From contig JAQBHL010000235.1 of NCBI GenBank assembly GCA_032127745.1, positions 1,575 to 65,574 of the forward strand: a stretch of 64,000 nucleotides of DNA. The letters run 5' to 3'. Numbering within the stretch: position 1 is the stretch's first letter; each line of letters opens with the position of its first letter. The translations under genes and the position numbers were made by a program. Below the pieces are notes generated by a model. That model saw only the letters and a program-made list of their open reading frames with translations, had not been told where the DNA came from and did not search any database. Shown here piece after piece: positions 63,711 through 64,000 of the stretch. This stretch comes from Acidobacteriota bacterium. GTDB lineage: Bacteria > Acidobacteriota > Vicinamibacteria > Fen-336 > JAGNNV01.

Positions 63711-64000
63711 AGCCGGTCTCCATCGTGGTCCGCGAGGACGCGACGGTTCCCTTCGACCGATGGTTCGCCACGGAGCTCGGGCAGATCCTTGAGCGCACGG
63801 TGCCGCGGGGGCTCGCACGAAAAGCCATCGTCGCGGGCCTGGTCGCGGTCGGAGGTCGCATCGAACGAAACCCGGGGCTCATGCTCAGGCGAGGGCCTTC
63901 GGTGTTCGTCCGAGGTCTGGAGTGGCTCCCAAAGCCTGAGGCGGGGAGGCGACTCCGCATTCTCCATGAAGACGATTCGGTGATCGCCGTCGACAAACCT
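63707..64000 (+). CDS. RluA-family pseudouridine synthase (5' part; runs off the window)
   Basis: The frame starting at a GTG that overlaps the upstream TGA reads VKPVSIVVRED...ARKAIVAGLVAVGGRIERNPG (S4-like) ...RILHEDDSVIAVDKP (RluA motif). It is absent from the ORF track because there is no stop inside the window. Confidence 0.65.
   Translation, partial: MKPVSIVVREDATVPFDRWFATELGQILERTVPRGLARKAIVAGLVAVGGRIERNPGLMLRRGPSVFVRGLEWLPKPEAGRRLRILHEDDSVIAVDKP

Overview
This is a high-GC chromosomal segment from a diderm bacterium, since Tol, LptE-like, Mla and Wza genes are all present. The phylum cannot be fixed from the sequence; Acidobacteriota-like or Myxococcota-like is only a guess. I support about 65 CDS, one tRNA-Lys(CUU), two copies of a small inverted-repeat element, one clear intrinsic terminator and two short tandem or direct repeats. 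I saw no rRNA, CRISPR, transposase, integrase or phage genes. Most other long ORFs in the six-frame track are antisense or out-of-frame shadows typical of high-GC DNA. Gene order is as follows. (1) Housekeeping genes: mutY, prmC, prfA, rpmE, leuS, lptE-like. (2) A chemosensory-like region at 9.9-18.2 kb with cheY, a coiled-coil/GAF gene, cheD, cheA, cheW, cheR and cheB. It has no MCP gene and sits next to a DUF4388-REC-GAF regulator and a second coiled-coil/GAF paralog. (3) rimO, an M24 peptidase, mlaEFD and coaA. (4) A surface-polymer locus at 27.4-39.8 kb in which a three-gene cassette occurs twice, flanking wza/wzc. The cassette is a secreted Pro/Thr-linker protein, a Wzy_C/O-antigen-ligase-like membrane protein and a lipoprotein with five DxDxDG loops. 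(5) A MinD/ParA-like ATPase paired with a J-like protein that lacks HPD and carries a RodZ-type HTH. (6) A type III PKS plus flavoprotein pair. (7) tolQ-tolR-tolA-tolB-cpoB without pal. (8) recN, miaB, parAB. (9) A lipid cluster at 57.4-63.7 kb: SDR, serine-palmitoyltransferase-like alpha-oxoamine synthase, DAGK-fold lipid kinase, PlsC-like acyltransferase, Tam41-like protein and CDP-alcohol phosphatidyltransferase. The best candidates for undescribed biology are the duplicated cassette, the MCP-less che operon with embedded GAF/coiled-coil genes and a triplicated start-codon leader, the lipid cluster, and the MITE-like element that abuts stop codons inside two operons. All functional calls come from motifs I could read in the translations. 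No database search was run.
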